Positions 8,204 to 18,211 of a DNA stretch of 64,000 nt are shown piece after piece. Under the pieces are notes generated by a model that worked only from the letters and a program-made list of their open reading frames with translations, was not told where the DNA came from and made no database searches. The stretch is from Candidatus Cloacimonadales bacterium (lineage in GTDB: Bacteria > Cloacimonadota > Cloacimonadia > Cloacimonadales > JAIOQZ01), in contig OY762463.1 of NCBI GenBank assembly GCA_963665815.1, positions 2,784,001-2,848,000 on the forward strand, read 5' to 3'. The translations under genes and the position numbers were made by a program. Within the stretch, counting starts at the first letter, position 1; every line of letters starts with the position of its first letter.

Positions 8204-10381
8204 TTAGTTATAGTATGCTTCGAGAACTTCGAGAACTTCAGGTAAGTCCATTCCGAGTTCTTTCATTTTTTCAATTTTTGGAACACCATTATTATCCCAG
8301 CCACGACGTTTATAAACAGCGTCACAAAGCTTCTGATAATCGTTTTCACGCATTTGTCTGAGGTACAGACGTTTTTCATCAGTTGATTTACCGGTGATAT
8401 CCCAGTTCCATTTTTCAACTAATTGTTTGTCGTATCTTTCTTGACGTGAAAGGTATTCTTCGTTTGTAACAGGTCCTACTGATCTGTAAGGAATTCTGTC
8501 ACCTTCACGAGTTCCACCACCCATTCTGAGGTTGAATACTCTCTGGAAGTTGTATACTCTTTCTGATTGTGCTATTAAACCTTCTTTTGTTACACTTTGT
8601 CCTGTAACAGCATTAAAGATGTCAACATAGTTCTGAACGTGTTCAGGAACTTTAGCCGGTTCATCTGTTTCAGCATTATCAGCAGGCTCAACATCGTTCC
8701 AAGGAAGCTTACAAAGTCCCATAAGACCGAACCAGGTTCTGAACATCGGGAAGTAGTGAAGAGCTTCAGCTTTGTCTTCAAATGTAGGGATCTGATTGTT
8801 AACCATATCCATGAAGATAAGCCAGGCTTCATCGTGCTGAGCACCTTTAAGAGCAAGACCGTAACCACCCTGCATAGCAAGTGATTCTTTTGTCATATAC
8901 TCGGAGTATTCCATACCTTTACATTCCATTCCGATATCATCGAGGAATTGTTTGTCTGCACCGTAGTTTTCTACGAAAAGCTGTTTCATTCTCTTAATAC
9001 CAAGACCTGCGATGAGACCAAAGCCTTCTCCGCGAGCCATCTGGTGGAGAACTTCCATGGCTTCTTCACCTTTACCGAATGAAAGGTCCATGCCACCGGT
9101 TATTTCCTGATTGATAATACCGTTTTCATAACATTCCATTACGAATGCCATTGCAGTTCCGAAGGAAATTGTATCAATACCGTAAGTATCACAATAGAAG
9201 TTACATTCAACAACAAAGTGAGGGTCGAATACACCCATGTTTGCACCGAATGCAGCAGCTGTTTCGTACTCAGGTCCGTCTACAGATACGATATCGCCTT
9301 TATAAGGTCCTGTTCTCAGCATAAAACGATCTACACACTTAGCACATTGCATAGTACATCCGTACCAGCAGCCATCAGGAATACCTTGTGTAAACATTTC
9401 ACGCCATACGTGAGAAGCAATTCTTCCTGTATTGTGGTGTCTACCGAACTTGTAGTTATGAGTTGGAAGAAGATCATAATCGTCCATAATTTCTACAAGG
9501 TGAGCAGTACCAACGTGTCTCATATCACATTGATCATCATCAAGTTCATACATTTCTCTATGGTATTTAGCACTTACTTTCTTGATAGTATCAAGGTCAG
9601 CAGTTTTATTTGAATCTGGATGTAAGTAACTGAACTTACATACAAGAGCTTTAACGTTTTTGTTACGGAATACGCTTCCGAGTCCACCACGACCGGCTTG
9701 TTTAAGTCTGGCGACCTGACGTCTTCTATCGTAGAATGAGAAATTAAGACATCCGTACAGAGAGTTTTTAGCAGCATCACCTGCAGAAACAGTACAGATA
9801 TTTTTCTTTGCAAATTCATCTGATGCAAACATATCAATAACTTGCTCAGATATAAGGTGACTGTTCCAGTCTTCTTCAGGAGCTTCGTAAATCTGAACGA
9901 GTCCTTCGTCTCCATCTACAAATACTATAACAGGTTTTTCAGCAATACCCTGAACTTCGATAGCATCCCATCCTGAGAATTTAAGGTAAGGACCAAAGTA
10001 TCCACCAACATTACTGTCTACAGGAAGTCCTGTAGTAGGGGAGATACCCATAACAATTGATTTACCTGTTCCCGGATACTGAGTGATACCACCCATAGGA
10101 CCTGCAGAAATAACGATTTCGTTTTCCGGAGAATCCCATTTTGTATCAGGATTAACAGCATCCCATAATAATTTTATATCAAATCCTCTACCACCGGTGA
10201 ATTTCTCTTTTATAACCGGATCGAGGTCTTTTGCTTTAATCGTGTTATCACCGACATTAACATATAAAGTTCTGTCTGTATAACCTTTATTAAGTTCTTT
10301 TACTTCGTACTTGAATTCTTTTAATAATACATGAGCTTCTTTAATTTTTTCTGCATCATAAGGATTTTGGTAAATATTCAC
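8204..10381 (-). CDS. aor: aldehyde:ferredoxin oxidoreductase family (tungstopterin) enzyme
   Basis: GGRG, SPTTG..DSNVGG.FG, AGRGGLGSV..KNVKA, CWYGCTMQC, GPEYET, DTYGIDTIS, Y..RGWD..GVP motifs. Confidence 0.92.
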   Translation of the reverse strand: MNIYQNPYDAEKIKEAHVLLKEFKYEVKELNKGYTDRTLYVNVGDNTIKAKDLDPVIKEKFTGGRGFDIKLLWDAVNPDTKWDSPENEIVISAGPMGGITQYPGTGKSIVMGISPTTGLPVDSNVGGYFGPYLKFSGWDAIEVQGIAEKPVIVFVDGDEGLVQIYEAPEEDWNSHLISEQVIDMFASDEFAKKNICTVSAGDAAKNSLYGCLNFSFYDRRRQVARLKQAGRGGLGSVFRNKNVKALVCKFSYLHPDSNKTADLDTIKKVSAKYHREMYELDDDQCDMRHVGTAHLVEIMDDYDLLPTHNYKFGRHHNTGRIASHVWREMFTQGIPDGCWYGCTMQCAKCVDRFMLRTGPYKGDIVSVDGPEYETAAAFGANMGVFDPHFVVECNFYCDTYGIDTISFGTAMAFVMECYENGIINQEITGGMDLSFGKGEEAMEVLHQMARGEGFGLIAGLGIKRMKQLFVENYGADKQFLDDIGMECKGMEYSEYMTKESLAMQGGYGLALKGAQHDEAWLIFMDMVNNQIPTFEDKAEALHYFPMFRTWFGLMGLCKLPWNDVEPADNAETDEPAKVPEHVQNYVDIFNAVTGQSVTKEGLIAQSERVYNFQRVFNLRMGGGTREGDRIPYRSVGPVTNEEYLSRQERYDKQLVEKWNWDITGKSTDEKRLYLRQMRENDYQKLCDAVYKRRGWDNNGVPKIEKMKELGMDLPEVLEVLEAYYN

Positions 10382-10800
10382 TGATGCCTCCTGTAAAATA
10401 CTTTTTCAATTGGATCAGGTTGTTCTTCAATGGATATAGCACCTGTAGGGCATTCTTTAACACATAAACCGCATGCAATACACTTGAACGGTTTTTCAAC
10501 GCCATCAGCGATGAACATTGAAAGTGTAGGACAATATCCAACACATGAAAGACAGCCAACACATGTTTTCTCGTTAAGTCTGATAATTCCTCTTGCATCT
10601 CTTGTAAGAGCTTCTACTGGACAGACTCCCATACATTCGCCGCATTGAGTACATGCATTAAGTGTATTTTTTTCTTCTGATTTAGTAACCTGAATACGAG
10701 ATTTAGCTTTGTTGTTTTCTTTGAACCAGGTTGTGGAGCATTTTTCTTCGCATTTTCCACATCCTATGCAAAGTTCTTCCTTACGGACTAAAACCTTCAT
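10378..10800 (-). CDS. 4Fe-4S ferredoxin subunit of AOR
   Basis: Four CxxCxxCxxxC-type motifs; overlaps aor start. Confidence 0.9.
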   Translation of the reverse strand: MKVLVRKEELCIGCGKCEEKCSTTWFKENNKAKSRIQVTKSEEKNTLNACTQCGECMGVCPVEALTRDARGIIRLNEKTCVGCLSCVGYCPTLSMFIADGVEKPFKCIACGLCVKECPTGAISIEEQPDPIEKVFYRRHQ

Positions 10801-11103
10801 GGAAACCTCCGAATGTTATTTTTTTTATTTAATTAATATATTTTCTGAAGTGATTTGTTATCAATTTGTTCCTTTATAGCGTCCAGTTTTATACAGCAAA
10901 CCAATATTTCTGTTGTTTAGTCGAATTGTCAAAGATTTTTCATTTAAAATAGAATCAGCAAAGAAGTTGATAAGTAATCCTTTCAAAAATTAGTCATGTT
11001 CTGTAAAATTTAAAAAATAGTCAGATCTGTTAATCAGGTTTTGTTTGTGTTTTCTGAAACTCTGAAATAGTTATGTCTTAATTGATTAATATAAGGTCAT
11101 AAC

Positions 11104-11137
11104 AAAAAAGAACCCGACGAATCAACTATCGGGTTCT
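11104..11137 (-). terminator. intrinsic terminator
   Basis: GAACCCGA/TCGGGTTC stem with an A tract on +, downstream of the LamG gene. Confidence 0.75.
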
Positions 11138-11155
11138 CGTAAGAAAAGGTATAAT

Positions 11156-12469
11156 TTATTTGATTAATACCGCTTTTTTAATTTCTTTAGATGTTTTTGT
11201 TACGAAACTGAAGAAATAAATGCCTGTTGATACTTCTTCATTATCATTCGATTTACCATTCCAGTTTACTACATGTGATCCTGCTTCAAAAATACCAAGA
11301 TTTTTTACAAGCTGACCTTTTGAATTGTACACTTTTACTGTTCCTGTTTCACCTTCGGTGATATCAAATGCAATGTTTGTTTCAGGATTAAATGGATTAG
11401 GGTAAACAGATTTCATATGAGATACAAGCTCAGCTCCGGGAGCTTTAACTTCATCTTTTTTAAGAACAACCTGTGCCGGTCCATGTAGGTTTTGACTTCC
11501 ATCGAAATTAATCGATTCAAGCCAGTAGTAAACAATTTTACCATAGTTTTCAGCTACATTCAAGTCTGTATCTTCAAAGCTGTATGTTGAAGCATGAGAA
11601 GAATTGTGAGCTGTAATTATTGCAGGATTAACTCTTACTGCATTAGAGATTGTCTCGTCCTGTGCTCTGAATACATTGTATCCCAGAAGATCTGTTTCAG
11701 TTTGACTGACCCATTTTATCTCGGCTGTCTCTGTAGCTGTAAGAGTAGCTGTGAAAGAAGAAAGTTCAACTGGGAGTGAACCGTCTTCTACTTGCCAGAT
11801 TGCATTAGCTATAAAGCCTGTATTGCCTAATATAGAGCTGTCATTAGCAATTGTGTTAACACCTTCGTCAAGTTTTGCATATAAAACAAGTTCAGGACCT
11901 GCATCAACTATATCTGAATGCATGTTATCAATGATTTCCTGCTGTGTTCTGACAGTATTCCATACTCTTAAGTTTGCAATTTTTCCGTTGAAATAGTAAG
12001 ATTCAGCTCCTCTTCTGCCAAGATATACTGGTTCAATTGAGTTTGTAATAGCGGAAGACAATGGATTAGGACCAACATTTGTTAACGAGATATCAACGCC
12101 ATTAATAAAACATTGAGCAAATGAAACTGATGGATTGTATATCATTGCTACATGGTTCCACATATTTGGCAAAAAACTTCCTGCCGGTGTATCAAGATAT
12201 ACAAAATCTGTAGGGATGAACCTAAGTGAATAATCTGGTGAAGTATGAATTTCAAGTTCTTCATAATCTTTAGCAACAAGAAATCCAATATCGTTACCTG
12301 ACCAGAAAACCCACATTTCGATTGTTATTGCAGACACATTATAAGCTGCATTATGCGGAAATACAACAAAGTCACCATCTCCGTCAAATAACAGGGAATT
12401 GTCATTTTGCCCCGCAAAACAGAAAGCTGCAATTAATAGAAAAACGAAAATCAGTAATTTGTTTTTCAT
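11156..12469 (-). CDS. secreted LamG/concanavalin-like domain protein with FlgD-Ig/T9SS-type C-terminal sorting domain
   Basis: Signal peptide; SLLFDGDGD..TIEMWV..WNHVA..FNGKIANLRVWN (LamG); LPVELSSF; YPNPFNPETNIAF..VYNSKGQLV..STGIYF..KKAVLIK. Confidence 0.85.
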   Translation of the reverse strand: MKNKLLIFVFLLIAAFCFAGQNDNSLLFDGDGDFVVFPHNAAYNVSAITIEMWVFWSGNDIGFLVAKDYEELEIHTSPDYSLRFIPTDFVYLDTPAGSFLPNMWNHVAMIYNPSVSFAQCFINGVDISLTNVGPNPLSSAITNSIEPVYLGRRGAESYYFNGKIANLRVWNTVRTQQEIIDNMHSDIVDAGPELVLYAKLDEGVNTIANDSSILGNTGFIANAIWQVEDGSLPVELSSFTATLTATETAEIKWVSQTETDLLGYNVFRAQDETISNAVRVNPAIITAHNSSHASTYSFEDTDLNVAENYGKIVYYWLESINFDGSQNLHGPAQVVLKKDEVKAPGAELVSHMKSVYPNPFNPETNIAFDITEGETGTVKVYNSKGQLVKNLGIFEAGSHVVNWNGKSNDNEEVSTGIYFFSFVTKTSKEIKKAVLIK

Positions 12470-12497
12470 TTTAACTCCTTTGAATTTATTGGTTTTT

Positions 12498-12821
12498 TTA
12501 CTTAAATGTAATTATATGACTGATGAGCGAAAAAAGTGATTCCTTATTCGAAAACAAATTCACGTTTGAAAATTTGTTTATTTTTCTGTTGCTTTCTGAA
12601 ATCCAGAATCTTGTTTCCGAGTAAACATTTACAAAGCTTTCGATTACATGATACTCCTTTCTCTCGAGTTTCAATATTGCATAGTCTATATTATATGTTT
12701 TAAGTATTCTGATTATATCTGAAACAGAAATTGCAAAATAAAAACTTACATTTTTGTTTGTGGCAAGATTTTCAATTTTTTGAATACTATCATCATATAC
12801 ATTATAAATCAGCAAATTCAT
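12498..12821 (-). CDS. hypothetical protein, possible degenerate receiver (pseudo-REC) fold
   Basis: 107-aa ORF with AAGG RBS; MNLLIY..DD..FAISVSDIIRIL..IDYAILKL resembles REC beta/alpha pattern but lacks the phospho-Asp. Confidence 0.6.
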   Translation of the reverse strand: MNLLIYNVYDDSIQKIENLATNKNVSFYFAISVSDIIRILKTYNIDYAILKLERKEYHVIESFVNVYSETRFWISESNRKINKFSNVNLFSNKESLFSLISHIITFK

Positions 12822-12843
12822 ATTTCAACCTTTATATAGCTAA

Positions 12844-12860
12844 TGCAATAATGCTGCCAA
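12844..12860 (-). promoter_or_regulatory. sigma54 (-24/-12) promoter
   Basis: Minus strand TTGGCAG-CATTA-TTGCA, GG-N10-GC spacing, about 25 bp upstream of the 12821 start. Confidence 0.8.
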
Positions 12861-12931
12861 AATAGTAATTATAACAAGAATAGTGTTTTATGGAAACATT
12901 TTGAGTAGTTCGTTAGTGAAAATAACCAGAA

Positions 12932-13076
12932 TTGACGAAATCGTCAAGAAAAATGGATCATAAGTTTACAAAATGTCGAATACGTCATGTATTTTCTATT
13001 AGAATGAGTATTGTGTCATTTTCGTCAAAAACTTGATGTATTTTCTATTAGAATGAGTATTGTGTCATTTTCGTCA
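12932..13076. promoter_or_regulatory. four candidate enhancer (UAS) sites TGWC-N6-GTCA
   Basis: TTGACGAAATCGTCAA 12932-12947 (perfect arms), TGTCGAATACGTCA 12974-12987, TGTCATTTTCGTCA 13014-13027 and 13063-13076; all 70-220 bp upstream of the sigma54 promoter. Confidence 0.6.
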
Positions 13077-13084
13077 AAAACTTG
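12987..13084. repeat. perfect 49-bp tandem duplication
   Basis: ATGTATTTTCTATTAGAATGAGTATTGTGTCATTTTCGTCAAAAACTTG at 12987-13035 and 13036-13084. Confidence 0.95.
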
Positions 13085-15452
13085 TTTTTTTAATTCCGTA
13101 TTTTATCATACGACGTTCAAGTGACTTCGGAGTTATTCCGAGTAGTTTTGCTGCATTTGACTGGTGGAAATATGTTTTTCTGAGAGCCTTTATGACCATC
13201 ATTTTCTCATTTTCTTTTAGAGGAATAATTTCTACATCCTCAGCCGTTTTTTTGGGAATATTGAAGTGTCTGAGCTTCAAAGTTGAAGAATTTGTTAGAA
13301 TCATTGCCCTTTCTACCATGTTTTTGAGTTCTCTTACATTTCCTGGGAAAGTATATGACATTAAGGCAGAATTGACTTGATTTTCAATTTTAAGAATCTT
13401 TTTTCCAAAAGTATTGCTGAATTGTTTTACAAAGTGTTCAAGAAGAAGTGGAATATCTTCTACTCTGTTTCTCAGAGGAGGAACATTGATCACAAAGGTG
13501 GAAAGCCTGTGATAAAGATCACTTCGGAATTGATTCAGAGATATCTTTTCCTGAATATCGTCATTTGTAGCGCTGATGACTCTTATGTCAGTATTGAATA
13601 TCTGAGTCGAACCAACAGGAGTATACTTCTGGTCTTCAAGAACGCGAAGCAGTTTTGATTGGACTAGGGAGTTTAGAGTGCTGATTTCATCAAGAAACAA
13701 TGTTCCCTGATTGGCAACCTTAAACCATCCGGGCTTATCTGAGTTTGCCCCTGTGAAAGAATTCTTCATATGCCCGAAAAATTCACTTTCGAAAAGAGTT
13801 TCCGGAATTGCTGATACATTCACCGCACAGAAATTGTTGCTTTTTCTATTACTGAAATCATGTATAGCCCGTGCTACAAGTTCTTTTCCTGTTCCTGTTT
13901 CTCCGGTTATCAAAATTGACGTTGAACTTGCCTGAGCAACTTTATGAATCAGAGTAATGATATTTTTAACTGCTTTATTTTCACCGATTATTATTGAACC
14001 AATATTTGCTTTCAGTTGCCTGTTAATATTGTCATAACGTATTTCCGTTTCCTTCAACTTTTTGAGAGCTCTTTCAATTTTCTGCTTCTGCTTATTAATA
14101 ATCTCATTCTTTGATTCCAACTCTATGGTTTTTATTCGATATAATTCAGCCTCTCTCTCTTTAGATTCTACCTCATAAACGGTCTGCATTGTAGCGAGTC
14201 TTTTATTAAAGTCCTTTGCATTGAAATCCTCACTTGAATCAACAAGCCTGGAATAATATTTTACTGACGTAATGTAATTGGAAGTTTCATTTTCTAATTT
14301 AGCAAGTTCCTTTAAAATTGTTTTTTCAAGTGTTGAATAACCGTTTTTATCACAAATTTCTAAACCGATTTTTAAATATTTCCTGCTTTCATCATGTTTT
14401 CCCTGATAATTAAAAAGTTGCCCTTTCTGAAGATAAATATTTACTAATTGAAACATATCTTTCATTTCTCTGGCCAAAATTTCCGCTTCATTAAGACAGA
14501 TGGATGAATTACCATATTCTTTTTTGTTTAGATAAAGGATTCCAAGTTCAGTGAGATTCTGGGAATGTGTTTTCTTAAGTTTTAGATTACAGCATATTTC
14601 AATTGATGCTTCATAAAAGTTAATTGCTTGAACATACTTGTTTTGACTTGCAGATACTATACCAAGATTATAGAGAATGTTAGCCTGAGCTGGAAGATCT
14701 TTTTTCTCTTCTTCCATTTTCAAGGCAGTACTAAAAGCAGTATATGCTTTATCATACTGGGAAATATCACAATACACACTCGCAATATTATTGTACAGTT
14801 GAGACTGTAAATGTTCATTGTTCTTTACTTTGCAAATTCTTAATGATTCATTAAAGTTTTCAAAAGCCTTATCGTAGCATCCTAATGCATAATAGACTGA
14901 TGCAAGAATATTCAACATATATTCTTCTTTATCAAGGTTATACTTTCTACAGATTTCCAGTGCTTTAAGTGCATGTTCCAAGGCAGATTCATGGTTACCC
15001 ATGCATCTCAAAGCGATTGCCATATCTGCGAGAGCAAATGCTAAGGGTTGATGTGAATTTCCCTCTTTATGTATTTCTTTAAGTAGTGTGTACTTTTTTA
15101 ATGCTTTATCATATTCCTGATACTGTAAATACTCTCTTGCAATGTATTCCATAACATTTATGAAAATTAGATTTTTACCAACCGAAGTATCTTCATGTTG
15201 TTTCAGTTCAGTTAGAAGTTTTTCAACCTTTTCATCATTTTCATTGGCAAATTCAAACATTAACAGAAATATTATTCTTGTAGTTTTCTCGTAATAATCA
15301 CCTGAATTGCCATAACCTACATCAATGATATTTACTATATCATTCTCAGAAACTTCATCGAATAATAATTCAATATTTTTTATAAGTTCAGTGCTCCACT
15401 CTATATCATTTTCTTTATAAGAGTCTACTTCTTTTAATAGCTTTCGAATCAT
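13074..15452 (-). CDS. TPR-repeat sigma54-dependent enhancer-binding protein (bEBP)
   Basis: Multiple TPRs, coiled coil, GETGTGKE, ESEFFGHMKNSFTGA, LFLDEI, FPGNVRELKN, Fis-type HTH; ATG 15452 chosen for its GGGAG RBS (track start 15494). Confidence 0.9.
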   Translation of the reverse strand: MIRKLLKEVDSYKENDIEWSTELIKNIELLFDEVSENDIVNIIDVGYGNSGDYYEKTTRIIFLLMFEFANENDEKVEKLLTELKQHEDTSVGKNLIFINVMEYIAREYLQYQEYDKALKKYTLLKEIHKEGNSHQPLAFALADMAIALRCMGNHESALEHALKALEICRKYNLDKEEYMLNILASVYYALGCYDKAFENFNESLRICKVKNNEHLQSQLYNNIASVYCDISQYDKAYTAFSTALKMEEEKKDLPAQANILYNLGIVSASQNKYVQAINFYEASIEICCNLKLKKTHSQNLTELGILYLNKKEYGNSSICLNEAEILAREMKDMFQLVNIYLQKGQLFNYQGKHDESRKYLKIGLEICDKNGYSTLEKTILKELAKLENETSNYITSVKYYSRLVDSSEDFNAKDFNKRLATMQTVYEVESKEREAELYRIKTIELESKNEIINKQKQKIERALKKLKETEIRYDNINRQLKANIGSIIIGENKAVKNIITLIHKVAQASSTSILITGETGTGKELVARAIHDFSNRKSNNFCAVNVSAIPETLFESEFFGHMKNSFTGANSDKPGWFKVANQGTLFLDEISTLNSLVQSKLLRVLEDQKYTPVGSTQIFNTDIRVISATNDDIQEKISLNQFRSDLYHRLSTFVINVPPLRNRVEDIPLLLEHFVKQFSNTFGKKILKIENQVNSALMSYTFPGNVRELKNMVERAMILTNSSTLKLRHFNIPKKTAEDVEIIPLKENEKMMVIKALRKTYFHQSNAAKLLGITPKSLERRMIKYGIKKTSF

Positions 15453-15604
15453 ACTTGCTCCCAAATTTTTAATCTGAGTGATAGGAACGTTCACATGCTT
15501 GAATTTCTTTTATTACAGAGTAAATATTTTTAGCAAGAAAAAAATTCTTTAGAAAAAGTATTACTCTAAATTATCTCGTTCATAAATTCACTCGGTATAG
15601 ACTG

Positions 15605-15632
15605 AAAAAAAAACCGCCTTTTAAGGCGGTTT
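15605..15632 (-). terminator. intrinsic terminator
   Basis: AACCGCCTT/AAGGCGGTT stem with A9 on +. Confidence 0.85.
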
Positions 15633-15683
15633 CTCAGATTTGAGGAAGGTATATATATGAGGAAAATTACATTATATTATAGT

Positions 15684-18110
15684 TTATTCGTACTGTAGAG
15701 CTTCGGCAGCATTAGTGCGAGATGCTTTCTGTACCATCAGATAAACGGTTGTCAGACCAATAAGGTATGTTACAGCGAATCCAAGAATAAAGACGGTTAC
15801 ATCTATGTCTATGTGGAAAGCAAACTCTGAGAGCCACCATTTTGTAAGTCTGTAAGTCGGGTAGATTGCTATTGCATTGGCTATCGTTATCAGTATCAGA
15901 AATTCTCTGGTGAACATCAAAATAATATTGTTAACCTCAGCTCCAAACACTTTTCTGATTGCTACTTCTTTAGTACGTTGTCTTGTGGTGAAGGATGTAA
16001 GACCAATTAAGCCCATTGCAGAGATAATTATTGTCAACAGAGTGAAGAATGCAATGATCTTACCCATATTCATTTCTTTCTTATACTGAGCATCATATTT
16101 TACATCGAGAAACTCAAACTCAAATGGAACCTGAGGGACAATCTTGTTCCATATTGTTTCAATATTCCTGACAATTTTATTCGGATTTGCTGAGTCAAAT
16201 TTGATGACTGTACTTTTGTTGTAATGGGGAAATACATGGATCAACAAAGGTTCTACTGCATTATGAATTGAAGCATAATTAAAGTCTTTTACAATACCGA
16301 TGATTTTTCCTGCTTTTGGTTCAGGTAGATTATATGTATACTCAAAATCCATTCCAACGGGATTCTCAAGTCCAAGAGCTTTTACAGCTGCTTCATTCAG
16401 TATAAATGCGTTGTTCGGATCATTAGGGTACTCCCGTGAAAATCCTCTTCCGTCAATTATTTCCAGTTTCAGTGTTTCTAACAGATCAATATCTCCACTG
16501 AGTGTTCTGATGGCAAAGATTCCCTGAGCCTCCTGCCCTTGTTGAAGTGCCTGCTGCCTTAAATATTCCATTCTGGCAGACAGTACAGGTACACGCTCTC
16601 CCGGAACTGTGCTTATTCCGGATACTGACTTAATTTCACTCTGGTTCAGTAATTCTGTTTTTAAAGCATCAAAAGATCTATGTGTATATGGTAGAATGAC
16701 TATGTTTTCCTTCTGGAATCCAAGGTCTTTGTTTTCTATGTATCTGAGCTGCATATACATTATGGATGAGCCTATTATAAGGAATCCAGAGATAGAAAAC
16801 TGAAGTATGACAAGAACTTTTCGGAGAAATCCTTTAGACGATTTTACAGAACCCTGGCTTCCAAGTTTCAGTACATGTAAAGGATTGAATTGAGAAAGAA
16901 CAACAGCCGGATAGAAACCTGCCAAAAATCCTGTAATAAGTATAAGAATACCAAAAGAGGATAAGAACTGCCAGTTTGAAAGGAATTCCAGATTTATTTT
17001 CTGCTGCAACATTTTATTGAACATAGGAAGAGAAAGTTCAACAAATGCAATGGAGATTATCAATGCAAATGCAACAATAATGACAGATTCAATAAGAAAC
17101 TGCATGAAAATATCGCTTTTTTCTGCTGAGAATACTTTTCTTATACCAACTTCTTTTGCTCTTTTTGTCGATTGAGCTGTGGAAAGATTTATGTAGTTCA
17201 GAAGGGCAATCAGAAGAACAAGTATTGCCACAGATCCGAAAATATAAATGAAGTACAGATTTCCGTTTGGCTCAATCTCTTTTTCCGAATGCCCTGTCAG
17301 GTGGATTTTCTTTAGTGGGTTAAATATCAGATTCTGAGATGAGTTCTTTCTGGTTTCTTCATCAGGCTCAGGCTGTTTTGTTATTGCATATATATCCTTG
17401 TTCGCCTGTTCTCTTGTTTTTTCAAGAGCTTCGCTGCTATCAAAACTTATGTAAGAGTAGAAGACAGAAGGCCCAGCTTGATCTACTCCGGGCCAACGTT
17501 GTCTGAGAGAGTTAAGAGAAATAAATATATCAAAATGGAAATGTGTTTCTTCAGGGATGTCCTGCATAACTCCGGATACTTTTAGAGGACCCGCAGGTGA
17601 TTCCAGAACTTTCCCTACAACATTGGTATCTCCAAAGTATTTCAAAGCTGTAGATTTTGTAAGAACTGCTGTTGAAGGTTCAATCAGTGCCGTTTTTTTG
17701 TCTCCCTGAAGCAGATCGAATGAGAACACATTAAAGAATGTACTGTCTGCATAACATACAGAGTGCTCGACAAATTTCTTTTCTTCATAGCTGAGTAGAA
17801 TAGGGAAGTGCATCTGATTTATTTTCACTGCATTCGAGCATTCCGGATATCTGTTCTGAAGCTCAGGAAGAATATCACCGGTTGTAGAAGCCCATTGTCC
17901 TTCAATTTCTCCCTGTTTATATGCAAACTCTATGCGACAGATGTTATTGTAATTATCAAAAAATCTGTCATAACTAAGTTCCTTTTGAATAAATAAAGCG
18001 ATTAACAGACAAACAGCAATTCCGAGAGAAAGTCCCAGAATATTGATTATTGAATAAATTTTGTTTCTGGAAAAACTGCGAAAAGCAGTTACAATAAAAT
18101 TTTGCAGCAT
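15684..18110 (-). CDS. MacB/FtsX-like ABC transporter permease (duplicated type)
   Basis: YSIINILGLSLG..ELSYD, NYINLSTAQSTKRAKEVGIRK, RTKEVAIRKVFGA; ATG 18110 with GGAG RBS (track start 18146 overlaps the sigma54 promoter). Confidence 0.9.
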   Translation of the reverse strand: MLQNFIVTAFRSFSRNKIYSIINILGLSLGIAVCLLIALFIQKELSYDRFFDNYNNICRIEFAYKQGEIEGQWASTTGDILPELQNRYPECSNAVKINQMHFPILLSYEEKKFVEHSVCYADSTFFNVFSFDLLQGDKKTALIEPSTAVLTKSTALKYFGDTNVVGKVLESPAGPLKVSGVMQDIPEETHFHFDIFISLNSLRQRWPGVDQAGPSVFYSYISFDSSEALEKTREQANKDIYAITKQPEPDEETRKNSSQNLIFNPLKKIHLTGHSEKEIEPNGNLYFIYIFGSVAILVLLIALLNYINLSTAQSTKRAKEVGIRKVFSAEKSDIFMQFLIESVIIVAFALIISIAFVELSLPMFNKMLQQKINLEFLSNWQFLSSFGILILITGFLAGFYPAVVLSQFNPLHVLKLGSQGSVKSSKGFLRKVLVILQFSISGFLIIGSSIMYMQLRYIENKDLGFQKENIVILPYTHRSFDALKTELLNQSEIKSVSGISTVPGERVPVLSARMEYLRQQALQQGQEAQGIFAIRTLSGDIDLLETLKLEIIDGRGFSREYPNDPNNAFILNEAAVKALGLENPVGMDFEYTYNLPEPKAGKIIGIVKDFNYASIHNAVEPLLIHVFPHYNKSTVIKFDSANPNKIVRNIETIWNKIVPQVPFEFEFLDVKYDAQYKKEMNMGKIIAFFTLLTIIISAMGLIGLTSFTTRQRTKEVAIRKVFGAEVNNIILMFTREFLILITIANAIAIYPTYRLTKWWLSEFAFHIDIDVTVFILGFAVTYLIGLTTVYLMVQKASRTNAAEALQYE

Positions 18111-18141
18111 AGAAGCTCCGAAAGTTTTTTGCTTAATGTAA

Positions 18142-18158
18142 TGCATGTTCTGTGCCTA
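18142..18158 (-). promoter_or_regulatory. sigma54 (-24/-12) promoter
   Basis: Minus strand TAGGCAC-AGAAC-ATGCA, GG-N10-GC, about 30 bp upstream of ATG 18110. Confidence 0.6.
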
Positions 18159-18211
18159 TTCCTTAAATGTTGATACAACAGGGTATTTAGTAATTTTAGT
18201 ATATAGTAAAA

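Noticed and set aside
10801-11100. Moco/tungsten-cofactor riboswitch upstream of the AOR operon
   Set aside because: The region is very AT-rich with no recognisable stems or conserved motif.
12987-13084. CRISPR array
   Set aside because: Only two abutting copies, with no spacer and no cas genes.
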